A stretch of 64,000 nucleotides of DNA, taken from Squalus acanthias (taxonomy: Eukaryota). Both the position numbers and the translations under genes were made by a program. The notes under the pieces are model-generated. The model ran no database searches. It had not been told where the DNA came from and saw only the letters and a program-made list of their open reading frames with translations. Numbering within the stretch: the stretch's first letter is position 1; every line of letters starts with the position of its first letter. Location of the stretch: positions 122,452,001 to 122,516,000 of the forward strand of contig CM059431.1 of the NCBI GenBank assembly GCA_030390025.1, written 5' to 3'. Below are positions 37,570 to 48,822 of this stretch, in pieces.

Positions 37570-39340
37570 AGAGAGGGGAACCAGAGAATTATAGACCAGT
37601 TAGCCTAACATCTGTTGTCAGGAAATTACGAGAGTCTATAATTAAAATAGAGTGACTGAACACCTTGAAAATTTTCAGCTGATCAGAGAAAGCCAGCATG
37701 GATTTGTAAAGGGTCGGTCATGCCTGACAAACCTGATTAAATTTTTTGAAGAGGTCACTAAAGAATGTGGGCAGGGGAATGTCTATGGGTATTATTTATA
37801 TGGACTTCCAGAAGGCATTCGATAAAGTCCCTCATAAGAGACTGTTAACTAAAGTTGAAGCTCATGGAATTGAATGCAAATTATTGACCTGGTTAGGAAA
37901 TTGGCTGAGTGACAGGAGACAGGCGATTTTGCCAGCCCTGGGGAGGCGGGTATGGAGGCGGGACTGCCGGGAAAATGGCAGAATTTGGGGGCGGGTGCCC
38001 AACCCGCCTCCATGCCATCTTGCCAGGAGGCGGGTAGCCGTCCCGCGCCGGGTCCCATCTCCTTGGAGGCGGGAAGGGATTAAAGCCAATTAACAGATAG
38101 TTAACAGGCAGAAAATAGGATTATCCCCTTTTTGCCCTCACAAGTGCGGGCTTCCCGAAGGCTCCGAAACCCGCCAAGTCAGCGAGGCGAGTAGGGGGTC
38201 TGTGAGGGTTGGAGGGGTCCAAAAGTTTGCTGTGGAGGTGAGTGATGGGTGCAAGTGTGGAGAGGTGAGTATCTGAGGTAAGTGCAAAGTGTTAGAAAAA
38301 ATTTACTTACCTTTGTTTCTTCCTGCAGGCTTCAGTCGGTTTGTATGCGGAGAGTCTCGCACCTCTGCGGTCGAGATGACAGATGGCCGTTGCATTCTCA
38401 GTTGCAACAACCATCTCATTTCTGCAAAAGAAAGAAGTTTGATGAGGTCTTGAATTCAAGACCTCATCAAACTACAGAGAATGTCAGTGTTTGACAGCTT
38501 CACAGAGCTGTCAAATGATGACAATTCATCTGTCAAAATTTTTGACAGATGAAACGTCATACGTTGACGTTCTCTGCAACTGGCTTTCTCTTAATTGGCC
38601 TGCTAAGCCCGCTGGGCGGGCTTAACAAGGTCAATCAAGGGAAAATAGCATGGGTTGGCCAGAAGCTGATGGAGGCGGGACTGAAACCCAGCAAGTGGGA
38701 GTCCCGCCTCCAAAAGCTCCCCATTGGCAAAATCACCCCCAGAGTGTAGGGATAATGGGCAGATACTCTAATTGGCAGGATGTGACTAGTGGCGTTCCAC
38801 AGGGATCTGTGTTGGGGCCTCAACTATTCACCATATTTATTAATGACTTAGATGATGGGATAGAGAGCCACATATCCAAATTTGCCGATGACATAAAGAT
38901 AGGCGGCATTGTAAGCAGTTTAGATGGAAGCATAAAATTACAAAGTGTGGAGTAAAAACGCTGGCATGAACTGGTTGGGCCGAATAGCCTGTTTCTGTGC
39001 TGTATATTCTATGTAATTCTATGTAAAGTGAATGGGCAAAACTGTGGCAAATGGATTTCAGTATAGGCAAGTGTGAGGTCATCCACTTTGGACCTAAAAA
39101 TAATAGAATAGGGTACTTTCTTAATGGTGAAAATGTAGAAACAGTGGAGGTCCAAAGAGACTTGGGGGTCCATGTATATAGATGATTAAAATGTCATGGA
39201 CAGGTACAGAAAATAATCAAAAAGGCTAATGGAATGCTGGGCTTTATATCTAGAGGACGAGAATACAAGGGGGTAGAAGTTATGCTGCAGCTATACAAAG
39301 CACTGGTTTGAACACACCTGGAGTACTGTGTTCAGATCTG
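37570..39340 (+). mobile_element. CR1 LINE RT fragment
   Basis: NYRPVSLTSVV, YMDFQKAFDKVPH, SGVPQGSVLGPQLF..FADD; split by a MITE and a short CR1 tail at ~38945-39025. Confidence 0.92.
37923..38739. mobile_element. Harbinger-type MITE
   Basis: CAG TSD; GCGATTTTGCC / GGCAAAATCACCCC; GGCGGG subterminal repeats. Confidence 0.8.
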
Positions 39341-40067
39341 TTTAGCTGCATATGACTGCCTATGCTGCATTTCATTTGATGTTGGGCTTTGGTAGAAAGT
39401 AACCTCATTTGTTAAGTTAGTTTCGCCAATTCAGCACTAGGATGACTGGATCAAACCATTCATAAAGTTCAAACAATTATGTACTAGGCTTTGATTGACT
39501 GGAAACACTGTTGGAAACAGGCTGAACATGAGAAGAAGCTTCATAGGTCCGTGCCCCAAGTCAGAGGTGTTCAACCTATAGCCATGGGCCGTATGCATCC
39601 CTCAATCTCTGGGAATTTAGCCTGTGAAGCCCAGGCAATGCAGTCGTATTACTGCTTATAGTTCTTATTTGATGGCTAGCTCTGTTTAAAGTTTGTGGGT
39701 CTGAAGATTTGGAATGAGCTCTTCTAAGTACTGTTGGCTCAGTGGTGGATAAATCCCAAATCAGAACACCAAGATCTGTTAGTGTCAGCAACTTGAGATA
39801 AATGCAATCTAATGGGAACATGGATTTGAATGTCAGGTGGGGAATGTAAACATGGAGAAGTACCCTCATATGTGGCTCACAAGACTTCACGCTATATGCT
39901 ATGCCATCCGGTAATACATTAATAGTGCACACCAAAATGTCTTGGTTCTCATCTATAAATAACAAAGTTGTGCAACACACAGCAGATGCAGTTGATCTTT
40001 TACACTTTTCAGGCCTGTAGAATAGGATTCCTTTTGACCTGTTCAGACGTCTGAAGCAGTGCTTTAA

Positions 40068-40290
40068 CATACAGCATTTATATAGTGCCTTTACCACAGT
40101 AAAGCGTTTCCTTCACAAGAGCCTAAGCAGACAAAACTTTGACACCAAGCCACGTAAAGAGATACTAAGTCAGGTGACCAAAAGTTTGATCAAAGAGGTG
40201 GGTTTTAAGGAACGATTTAAAGGAGGAGAGCGAGGTACAGAGATGGAGAGGTTTAGGGAGGGAATTGCATCAATTAGGGCCTAGGCAGCT
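40068..40290 (-). mobile_element. L2-type LINE 3' end
   Basis: Shares the aaggcactatataaatg tail with the Deu-SINEs, upstream of an RT-tail-like sequence. Confidence 0.65.
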
Positions 40291-40294
40291 AATT

Positions 40295-41035
40295 CTATAT
40301 TTCACAAGAATTCATGTGGAGGCATGAGCTTCATTTTATTTTTGCACAGCAGCAATGTGGGGATTCCTGCTTGGTGTTAATAGCCATTTCAATCCCTCTC
40401 GCCACAGAGAAGCAGGCAGAGCAAGCACGAGGATTTGCAAGGATTGCTGGCTTCCCCATGGTGCAGGGTGCCATTGACTGCATTTACGGGTGCCGCATGT
40501 CAACTCTGCTGAAAGGGATTCTAGTCCCTCAACATGCAGCTGGTGTGTGACCACAGGCTGCACATCATGCAGGTCAATGTCCGGTATCCTGGCAACAGTC
40601 ACAATGCATTCATTCTGCTGCAGTCCTCTGTGCCAGCTCTATTTCAACCCCCACGGGCAACTAAAGGGTGGCTACTGGGTGACAAGGGCTATCCACTGAC
40701 AACATGGCTCATGACTCCCATTCCAACCCATACAGATGTGCGCAGTAGGCATACTACGAGAGCCATGCTGCCACAAGAAATTTGATAGAGCAGACCATTG
40801 CCTGGACCACTCTGCAGCAGCCCTGCAGTACTTGGCTGAGTGGGTCTCAAGATTTGTCGTGTTATGCTGCATGCTGCACAACCTGGCCATCATGAGGGAA
40901 CAGCCCTTGCCACCACCTATCAAGCGAGAAGCTCAGGAGCAGGAGCAGGAGGAAGAGGAAGTGAGGCAGCAACCTCGACAGCCCCTTTCTGATAGGGCCG
41001 TACATGAACAACTAATTCAACAGTGGTACCAGTAA
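40295..41035 (+). pseudogene. Harbinger transposase H8 (5'-truncated, degenerate)
   Basis: [55 protein letters not shown]. Confidence 0.9.
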
Positions 41036-41206
41036 CCTCAAGTCCAATTCCCCATTCACCAACCGTCCCACACTCCTTACCTTCCCTCTGTTACTGATCA
41101 TCATATCATCCTCTTGGCCACAATGCAAAAATAAAAGCCAACACAAAATACACATTCCAATGCAAATTTATACATTAAATCATGCCATATTGCATACAAA
41201 AATAAA

Positions 41207-42726
41207 TTAATCAACCGTGTGCACTCCCTTAGTGCCTGTCTTCCGTGTGCCTTTGCCTGTCCTAGTGCTCCTATGCAGTGCTACCCCAGTGGCTGCAGCA
41301 TGGCTGGTAGAAGAATGCTGACTTTCAGTGGAGGAGACTGCAGATGTCAGTGGAGGGTGACCTCGAGCAGCTCTGAGCCTAGAAGGCCCGGCTTCAGACT
41401 GCACCATCTCAGCACAGGAGGCAGCAGGCTGGGCTGGCTGGCTGACAGGCAACAGCGAGGGGACTGGCGGAATGGAGGTGGGAGCGCGAATGCTGTCATC
41501 CTGAGAGTGTCAGTATCTGAGCTGATGGCTGCGAGTGTGAAATCGAGTGACGGTGTGCCTTCATCATCATTGTCTTTCTGCTCTTCCACCACTGCCTGGG
41601 CAGGTTGCAGTTCTTGGGTAACTGAAATGAAAAAGGGACAAGGGTTCGGTTGTGCTGAGGGGAGAGGATAAAGTAAGAAGTGCGTGCTTACACCATCAGC
41701 AGCTTGCAAGTCAGAAGATAGTGGAATGTGAGAAGGAGGATTAGGTATGAGGATACCGTCATCTTCAATGGCTTCAGCCCCGCTGATGGCCATGGTCTCA
41801 ACAATGGCCCTTCACACAATGACTAGCACCGTCTCCTCCACGGGGGTTAGAACATGCAGGTGCACCTCTCCCCCTCCGGTTATTTCCTGCTGCCTCAGGT
41901 TGTGCGCCACCTTTCCCTGCAAGAGAGACGGAAGTATGTCAGTGAGTGTTTTGCAATCTGCTTGGGTGACGTGGCTGTCATGGTTTAATAGCTGGCAGTG
42001 TGTGCAAGTTGTGAGCTGTGGGTGTGAGGCTTGCAACAGTGCTAAGTTTGTGAGGGTGAGGTGAAGCATATGAATGTTAGGTATGAGTCATGATTGATAG
42101 AGATCGCTGGTAGGTGAGTGATGTGGGTATGGAGCATTGAGCAGTGTGTGAGGTTCGTGGTGCAGTTGGTGGGATTTGAAGATGCATTCACTGACCGTGA
42201 CCACTCATGTGAGGTCACTATACTTCTTCTGGCAGTGCATCCAGGTCCTTGGGGCTGAGGCATTAACCTCCATGGCTATCTGTTCCCACTGCCTTCTCAT
42301 CGTGTGTCTGGAGAACCTCCTGCCCCCCCTACAGATGTCTTTCTCAACCAAGACCACCAGTGCAGCGTCTGAAAACCTGGGGGCCCACTCTCTCCCATGG
42401 TCAGCCATTCTTCTCTCCTTCCAAAGTCTGATTTAGTTGCATAATGACTCCCAGCACCTGCTGCAGCCACAATGCACCTCTCCTTTAAGAGGTGCAGGCT
42501 AGCTTTAAGTAGTGCAGGCTATCTTTAAATAGTGCAAGTTACTAACGATATTGGGGCCCCTGCTGATGCGTGCAGCCAATAAACAGCACAGGAATTGTTG
42601 GCTGCATGCAGACATCATTAGAATTAGCAGACAACATGAAGTTGGCGTGCTGCCTGCATTCCACTCAATGGGCATCGCGCATCACAATCACCGTGCCCAT
42701 TTTCGGGGCTAACCAATTTATTGCCC
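41207..42726 (-). pseudogene. Myb-like gene and terminus of H8
   Basis: GREWAPRFSDAAL..WEQIAMEVNA..CQKKYSDL; exon 2 GKVAHNLRQQEITGGG; C-terminus VQSEAGPSR..LHRSTR; TIR-like end CAATTTATTGCCC. Confidence 0.85.
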
Positions 42727-43078
42727 GGTAAATTTTATTGCCAGGTCAGTGCTGTACTGATATTAGATTGGGTATAAATATCTTTGTCCAGCAGATGCTA
42801 CAGCTCAGTCACAGTCTCCTGGCTTAACTTCTCTCTTATGGGGAAACAGCAGGACAGAGGGATTAGTTTTGGATTGATCAAGCAAAGAGCCAGCATAGAC
42901 ATGATGGGACGAATGGCTTCCTTCTCCATTGTGTGCTTCTTTACTTACTGAGGCACTGCTCCTCAATCATTCCCAGGTAGCTCTAACCAGTACAGTACAC
43001 CCAATGCATAAGGTATCTTTAGGGCCTTACCATCTACTTTCTGTGCCTCTTTACCATGAAGGCTATCCTCTTCTGTTC

Positions 43079-43437
43079 ATCACAGAATCACAGAATCCCC
43101 ACAGTGCAGATAGAGGCCATTTCGGCCCATCGAGCCTGCACCGACACATATCCCACCCTATCCCCGTAACCCCACATATTTAATCCCCCCTAACATATCC
43201 CACCCTATCCCAATAACCCCACATATTTAATCCCCCCTAACACTAAGGGTCAATTTATCATAGCCAAATCAACCTAACCCGCACATCTTTGGACTGTGGG
43301 AGGAAACCGGAGCACCCAGAGGAAACCCACGCAGACAATGTGCAAACTCCACACAGACAGTCACCCGGGCCGGATTCGAACCCGGGTCCCTGGCGCTGTG
43401 AGGTAACAGTGCTAACCACTATGCCACCGTGTTGCCC
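43079..43437 (-). mobile_element. V-SINE (HE1-like): tRNA head, V core, CR1-type tail
   Basis: A/B boxes (ggcatagtgg, ggttcgaatcc) on the minus strand; core gtgggaggaaaccggagcaccc; internal ~47-bp tandem duplication; (ATTCTGTG)n tail. Confidence 0.9.
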
Positions 43438-44730
43438 ATCCTGGTCCTCCTCAGCCAAGTGCAGAATTGGTGCATGAATTGGACACTTTAACACCAACCA
43501 GCCATTTCATGAGTAATTTTTTAGTACATAACAAGCAAAATGTGTACTTTACAGCTTTAATGAATTTTTTGAAGAAGCTACCAAGTTAGTGGTTTAGGGC
43601 AATCTGGTAGACATCATCTACCTGGATTTTCAGAAAGCCTTTGATAAGGTACCTCACAAGCTGCTACTCTACAAAATAGACTCTGTGGAATTAGTGGTAT
43701 TCTGCTATAGTGGGTTAAGAATTGGTTGAATTCTCACAGGCAGAAAGTTGTTGTCAATTGATTCGGATCTACTTAGATACCAGTTACCAGAGGTGTCCAA
43801 CAAGGATTGGTGTTAGGACCTTTGCTCTTTACTATCTTCATTAATGACCTAGTTGTAGGTATTGGGAGAATAATCCACAAGTTTGCAGACAATACAAAGC
43901 AATGTGTGAGTGTTAGGACTGTAGAGGGTGCTAAGCTACTGCAAGCAGATCTCAATGTGTTGGGGGAATAGGCCCATGTTTGGCAAATGTTTAATGAAGA
44001 AAAGTGCAGTATTATACATGTGGGCAGGTGTGATTCTAAATATACATGCACCTTATGTGGAACAGAATTGAATTCAATAGTGAAAGAAAAATATCTGGGT
44101 GTTATAGTGCGTCATTCTCTAAAGGTTCACAACCAATGCTGTGAAGCTATATCTAAAGGAAACAGGGTAGTAGGTTGTATTCAAAAGGCAATTCACTACA
44201 AAACAAAACCTACCATTTTGTCCTTGTACAAGACCTTGGTTATGCCTCATATACAGTGCACCCAATGAATACTGTGTCAAGTTTTGGTCCCTTCATATGG
44301 TGGGGAATATTGAGGCTTTGGAAAAGGTACAGAGGAGAGCTGCAAGATTGATTCTTATTTTAAAACACCTTAGGGTAGAAATTCGTTCGCGCCCCATTTG
44401 GGGCGCAAATATCGTCCGGACGCAAATATTAGCGCCTGGCGCTAATTATCGGCACTGACAGGAAACTTCACTTTTACCGTCCCGGGAGGTGAGTGGAGCG
44501 CTAAAGCAGGCGCTGCACACCTCTCTTAAGGCGCAAAGGCCAAGGAGTGAGGCGCTAACTCAGCGCACGAGCGCAGCGCAGCTGCTGCCAGTTAGCGAGG
44601 GAACACAGACACACTGGCGCCGGCCACTTCTTAAAGCGGGGGGGGGGCCACTTGCTCCCCAGCCACACCCTGCTCATTGCAGCCTTGAATCTCAGCCTGG
44701 AGAGACCTGTAATCCATTTTGCTGCCAAGC

Positions 44731-46608
44731 ATGGAGAGGGTGAGAGAACGCGCTCATCGCTTCACCGAGCGGGCCTTGGATGCTCTGGTTGACGCAGTGG
44801 AGCGCAGACGATGTATGCTGTTCCCTGAGAGTGGCAGGAGGCCTTTGCCACGCGAGTTCAGAAGAGTGTGGAGGGAGGTGGCTCAGAGCGTCTCCTCCAG
44901 GAGCATGGTGCCCAGGACCCATGTTCAATGCCGCAAAAAGTTCAACGACCTCACTCGGGTCGTCAGGGTGAGTGGCTTTTTCTCAATACCTCTCCATCCC
45001 TCCATCTCAACCTCACTCTATGGCCAGAGGGTCTTAAAACCCCAATGCACAACACTCATCCAACACCTATGGCCCTTTCATGAAACACACACACACATTC
45101 TACACTTTGCATACAGTAAGGGCTATTCACCTATGGGAGGCACATCAGGCAAGACCATGGCTGTATATTGTAAGGGCTATTCACCTATGGGAGGCACATC
45201 AGGCAAGACCATGGCTGTATATTGTAAGGGCTATTCACCTATGGGAGGCACATCAGGCAAGACCATGGCTGTATATTTACTCAGATGCTGTCCTTTTTCT
45301 TGCAGGCTAAGCTGGCTCATAATCGGAGACAGCAGCAACGGACGGGTGGAGGGCGGCTTCAGCTGCAACCCCTCAGCGATCTGGAGGAGCGCGTCCACAG
45401 GATTGTGGCAAGCCGGGTGATCGGTCCCGTCGCCACTGGAGACGCCGACCCCGTTGTGGACAGCAATGGTAAGGTCATCACCTTTTTGTCCTCTGTCCTT
45501 CCACTTGTCCCTCACAATACCAGCCTTTGACACTTTCAATCCAACTTGCTATCTCGCTGCACTTATTCCTCCCTTACTGCCACCCTGTCCTCACGCTAAA
45601 GCCACTCTTGTACCTCCCTGCTTTCAGATGGTGATTCACCAGCTGAGAAGACGGGCCCTGAAGCTGCCACTGGGAGTGATGCTGCAGCTGAGGAGGAAGA
45701 GGAAGCCAGAGCATCAGTGCCACCCTCTCCCGAGGAAGCCCATGCCCACACTGGGAACACGCCTTCCCCGGAGGGGAGCAGGGGGGAAGGGGCTGATGAT
45801 GGTGAAGCTCCAGGACCCAGCGGGCTGCAGCAACGCCATGGGGGGGGGTAGGGAAGAACGGGGGCCTTCTCCCCAGAGGGAGAGTATGCCAGACACTCCT
45901 ACTGCAATGGACGCAGAGGAGGAGCGGCTGATTGCAGAAATGAACACCCAGGCGGTGGGCATGCACACTGAGCTCATGGGTGCAGTGGGAAGGGTGCCCG
46001 AATGCATTGAGTCACTGGCAAGGAGTGTGGAGCACTTCGCTGTAGCACAGGCGGATGCCACACTAACGCTTAGTGCTGCAATTCAGTCACTGGCTGCCGT
46101 GATCCCACCTCTGACTGCTCTCATACAGACTCAGATGGAGGCCACGCGAGCACAGACTGCTGCCAACCTCGATGGTTCGTGCACATGTCCCCGGGGCTGT
46201 CACCGCGCCGCAGCAGGCCAGCAATCTGTTCTCCGGCAGATTGCTCCGGATGCTGAAGTGCTGCCCCGTGGGAGTGCCAGTGTGTCGGGCGAGCAGGGAG
46301 TTGCTGGCCTCTCTCACGATGACAGCATTCCTGCTGCCAACACTGTCACTTCTCCACTGCACTTGCCACCGCCTGTAGGACAGACTGCTGCCGCCCATGC
46401 AGAGTTGGTGCAGTCTGCAGCCGGGCCCTCCAGGCCCAGAAGTGGTCGAGGCTGTCCTTCAGGGGCATCTGCAGTGTCAGGGTCTGACGAGCAGCAGCCT
46501 TCCACCAGCCTTGCTGCAGCCACTGAGGTCCCATTACGGAGGAGCAGTAGGGTTAGAAGGGGGGAAGTGCGCAAGGGAAGGAGATCACCCTCGAAGGGCA
46601 AAAAGTAG
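44731..46608 (+). CDS. Myb/SANT-like DNA-binding partner: exons 44731-44967, 45306-45468, 45628-46608; apparent +1 frameshift at G9 (45840-45848)
   Basis: MERVRERAHRFTERALDALVDAV...WREVAQSV..QCRKKFNDL; canonical GT-AG sites in phases 0 and 1; the paralogue has G5 in frame. Confidence 0.85.
45116..45277 (+). repeat. 54-bp tandem repeat x3 in Myb intron 1
   Basis: Unit TAAGGGCTATTCACCTATGGGAGGCACATCAGGCAAGACCATGGCTGTATATTG. Confidence 0.95.
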
Positions 46609-46902
46609 GAGGTGTGCCAAAATGCTGGTCATTTTTTTATTAAAGGCCGAGGTTCATGGTCCAACTTTTGTTTAGTGTTTTGGACATTATCTCCAGGTTG
46701 TGAGAACCAGTTATGTTATTGACTGTTTTTTTGTGTTTATTTCTATGAGTTTGTCATGAGGAATTGACACACACAGAGTTTGTAAAATAAATAAGTTTCT
46801 GTATTCAAAATATACATGGCTGGTGGTTGGAATTATTGGTGCCTTGGCCGGCTTAGGGGTTGCGTGCTGGGTTGATTAGTGTTTGTAGCAATGGCAGGGG
46901 CC

Positions 46903-48063
46903 CTAGAAGCGGCTTGCTATTAGTCGTTGACGGACGGCCCTTGCAGTTTGACCATTGTGGGCCGCCCTCCTGCCTTGGTGCTGCTGATGATCATCGTCCT
47001 CGTCCTCTTCCTCCTCTTCCTCCTCCTCCTCTGGTGGTGCTACAAGACCTGGTGGCATTGGCTGGGTCCTGAGGATTGCCATGTTGTGCAACATGCAGCA
47101 CACGACTACGAAGTTCGAAACTTGCTCAGGCGAGTACTGCAGGGCTCCTCCGGAATGGTCCAGACAGCGGAACCGTTGTTTCAGCACGCCGATTGTGCGC
47201 TCAATAATGTTCCTGGTTGCTTGATGGCTTTCATTGTACCGCAGCTCAGCAGGGGTGTTTGGCGTACGGAGCGGTGTCATCAGCCAGGTGCTCAATTCGT
47301 ACCCCTTGTCCCCCAGAAGCCAACCAACTGGCTGATGCGGTGCCTCGAAAACTTCTGCCACAGTAGTCTGGCGCAGGATGAAAGCATCGTGGCAGCTGCC
47401 CGGATAGTGGGCATTGACAGCGAGTATCACATGTCTGTGGTCACAGACCAACTGCACATTCAAGGAATGGAACCCCTTTCTGTTCCTGAATTCCTCTGCA
47501 TTCTCTCGCGGAGCACGCAAAGCCACATGCGTGCAGTCAATGGCGCCCTGCACCATGGGGAAGCCCGCTACCCTCGCAAAGCCCAGAGCACAGTCACGCT
47601 GCTTGTCTGGGGTCATAGGGAAAGAGATGAAGTCTCGTCTCCTTCTGAAGAGGGCATTGGTGACCTGCCGGATGCAGCGATGCACCGCAAACTGGGAGAT
47701 ATTGGCGAGGTCCCCAACAGCAGCTTGGAATGAGCCAGTGGCGTAGAAGTTCAAAGCCACTGTGACCTTCACTGCCACCGACAGAGACGTCCTGGACCTC
47801 AGCTGAGGCTGCAGATCTGGCTGCAGCAGGTGGCAGAGCTCAGTGACCACCTCCTTGCTGAATCGCAGCCTCCGCAAACACAGGTCCTCGGACATATGGA
47901 TGTAGGAGAGCTGTTCACGATATACCCTGGGAGGGTAAGCTCTCCTGTACATGCGCCTGATGGCCCTCCTCCGTCTGGCCATCATTGCCACTCTCTGTCT
48001 GCGTCTCTGTATCCTCCGATTCAGCTGGAGCAGGACGACGCCCCCAATCATTGCAGCCCCCAT
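46903..48063 (-). CDS. Harbinger DDE transposase (HARBI1-like), 386 aa from MGAAMIGG, uninterrupted
   Basis: GAIDCTH, LLGDKGY and [15 protein letters not shown] catalytic motifs; HTH region; acidic tail. Confidence 0.95.
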   Translation of the reverse strand: MGAAMIGGVVLLQLNRRIQRRRQRVAMMARRRRAIRRMYRRAYPPRVYREQLSYIHMSEDLCLRRLRFSKEVVTELCHLLQPDLQPQLRSRTSLSVAVKVTVALNFYATGSFQAAVGDLANISQFAVHRCIRQVTNALFRRRRDFISFPMTPDKQRDCALGFARVAGFPMVQGAIDCTHVALRAPRENAEEFRNRKGFHSLNVQLVCDHRHVILAVNAHYPGSCHDAFILRQTTVAEVFEAPHQPVGWLLGDKGYELSTWLMTPLRTPNTPAELRYNESHQATRNIIERTIGVLKQRFRCLDHSGGALQYSPEQVSNFVVVCCMLHNMAILRTQPMPPGLVAPPEEEEEEEEEDEDDDHQQHQGRRAAHNGQTARAVRQRLIASRF

Positions 48064-48822
48064 ATTCTCCTTGCTAGAAAAGTAATGAGGTACAGCAACT
48101 AAAGTAGCAACAAAGTTAGGATGAATAGGCAAAACTACCTCACAAAGCGTTGAGTCAATGTAGAAGTCTCTCTCTCTCTCTCTCCGAATCTCTCTCTCTC
48201 TCTCAGAACGAGTGGTGCATAAATGTCGACCACAGAAAAAGACAGGAAGAGGCCCCCTTTAAATAGCGCCCCCCCCAGCCCCACACCGATTGATAACGTT
48301 CCAGTCTTCCGGTCGTTGGAAGCGCCAGGCGGTAAGGCAGGGGGCGCCACTCAATTTCCGCTCCGGGGCGCCCCAAGGGCGTTGCACCATGGAATGACGT
48401 CACAATCTGCGCGCGCAGGTGGTCGCAGCGGTAAGTTTTAGCGCCGCCGCACAATCTCAAGTTAAGTTCTCGAGCGGCGCAAACAGCGCTGCGCCCGGGC
48501 GTTAGCGGCTTAACGCCCCATTAGCGCCCTCTTAAGGCGCTAATGGGAGGCGCAACCAAGTGAATTTTTACCCCCTTAGATACTCAGATAGGCTTAATGA
48601 GCTCTGTCTGTATACTTTAGAGCAACATAGATTCAGGGATGATTTGATGAAGGTTTATAAATTAATGAAGGGCCTTGATTTATGTCGACAAATTATTAGA
48701 TAGGTTAAGGAGAACCAAAGGTTACGCTTATAAGTTATGTAAGGGCAGAACTTGGTTGGATGTTAGACCATTCTTCTTTTCCTAGAGAATAACTGACCTG
48801 TGGAACAGGTTGCCAATTCATG

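Larger units (their letters stand above)
44372..48574. mobile_element. Near-intact autonomous-type Harbinger transposon H9 (4203 bp)
   Basis: CTT TSD; TIRs AGGGTAGAAATTC / GAATTTTTACCCC; GGCGC-rich subtermini; two convergent genes. Confidence 0.95.

Noticed and set aside
39576..40097. 173-aa ORF as a host exon
   Set aside because: It starts in an L2 tail, has no recognisable domain or clear splice sites, and may be decayed LINE sequence.
43360..43437. tRNA genes (also ~51530-51592 and ~56220-56290)
   Set aside because: These are tRNA-derived SINE heads contiguous with SINE bodies.
45116..45277. CRISPR-like array
   Set aside because: Head-to-tail identical units with no unique spacers, in a eukaryotic intron.
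45454..45840. N-terminal part of the 384-aa ORF as real protein
   Set aside because: It runs through intron 2 and the wrong frame of exon 3; only the part after the G9 run matches the paralogous frame.
46927..47733. 268-aa antisense ORF
   Set aside because: Shadow of the GC-rich transposase ORF; not maintained in H10.
46903..48132. Domesticated host HARBI1 (with NAIF1/MSANTD-like partner)
   Set aside because: Lies within TIRs and a TSD, interrupts a CR1, and has many decayed paralogues nearby, so it is a transposon gene.
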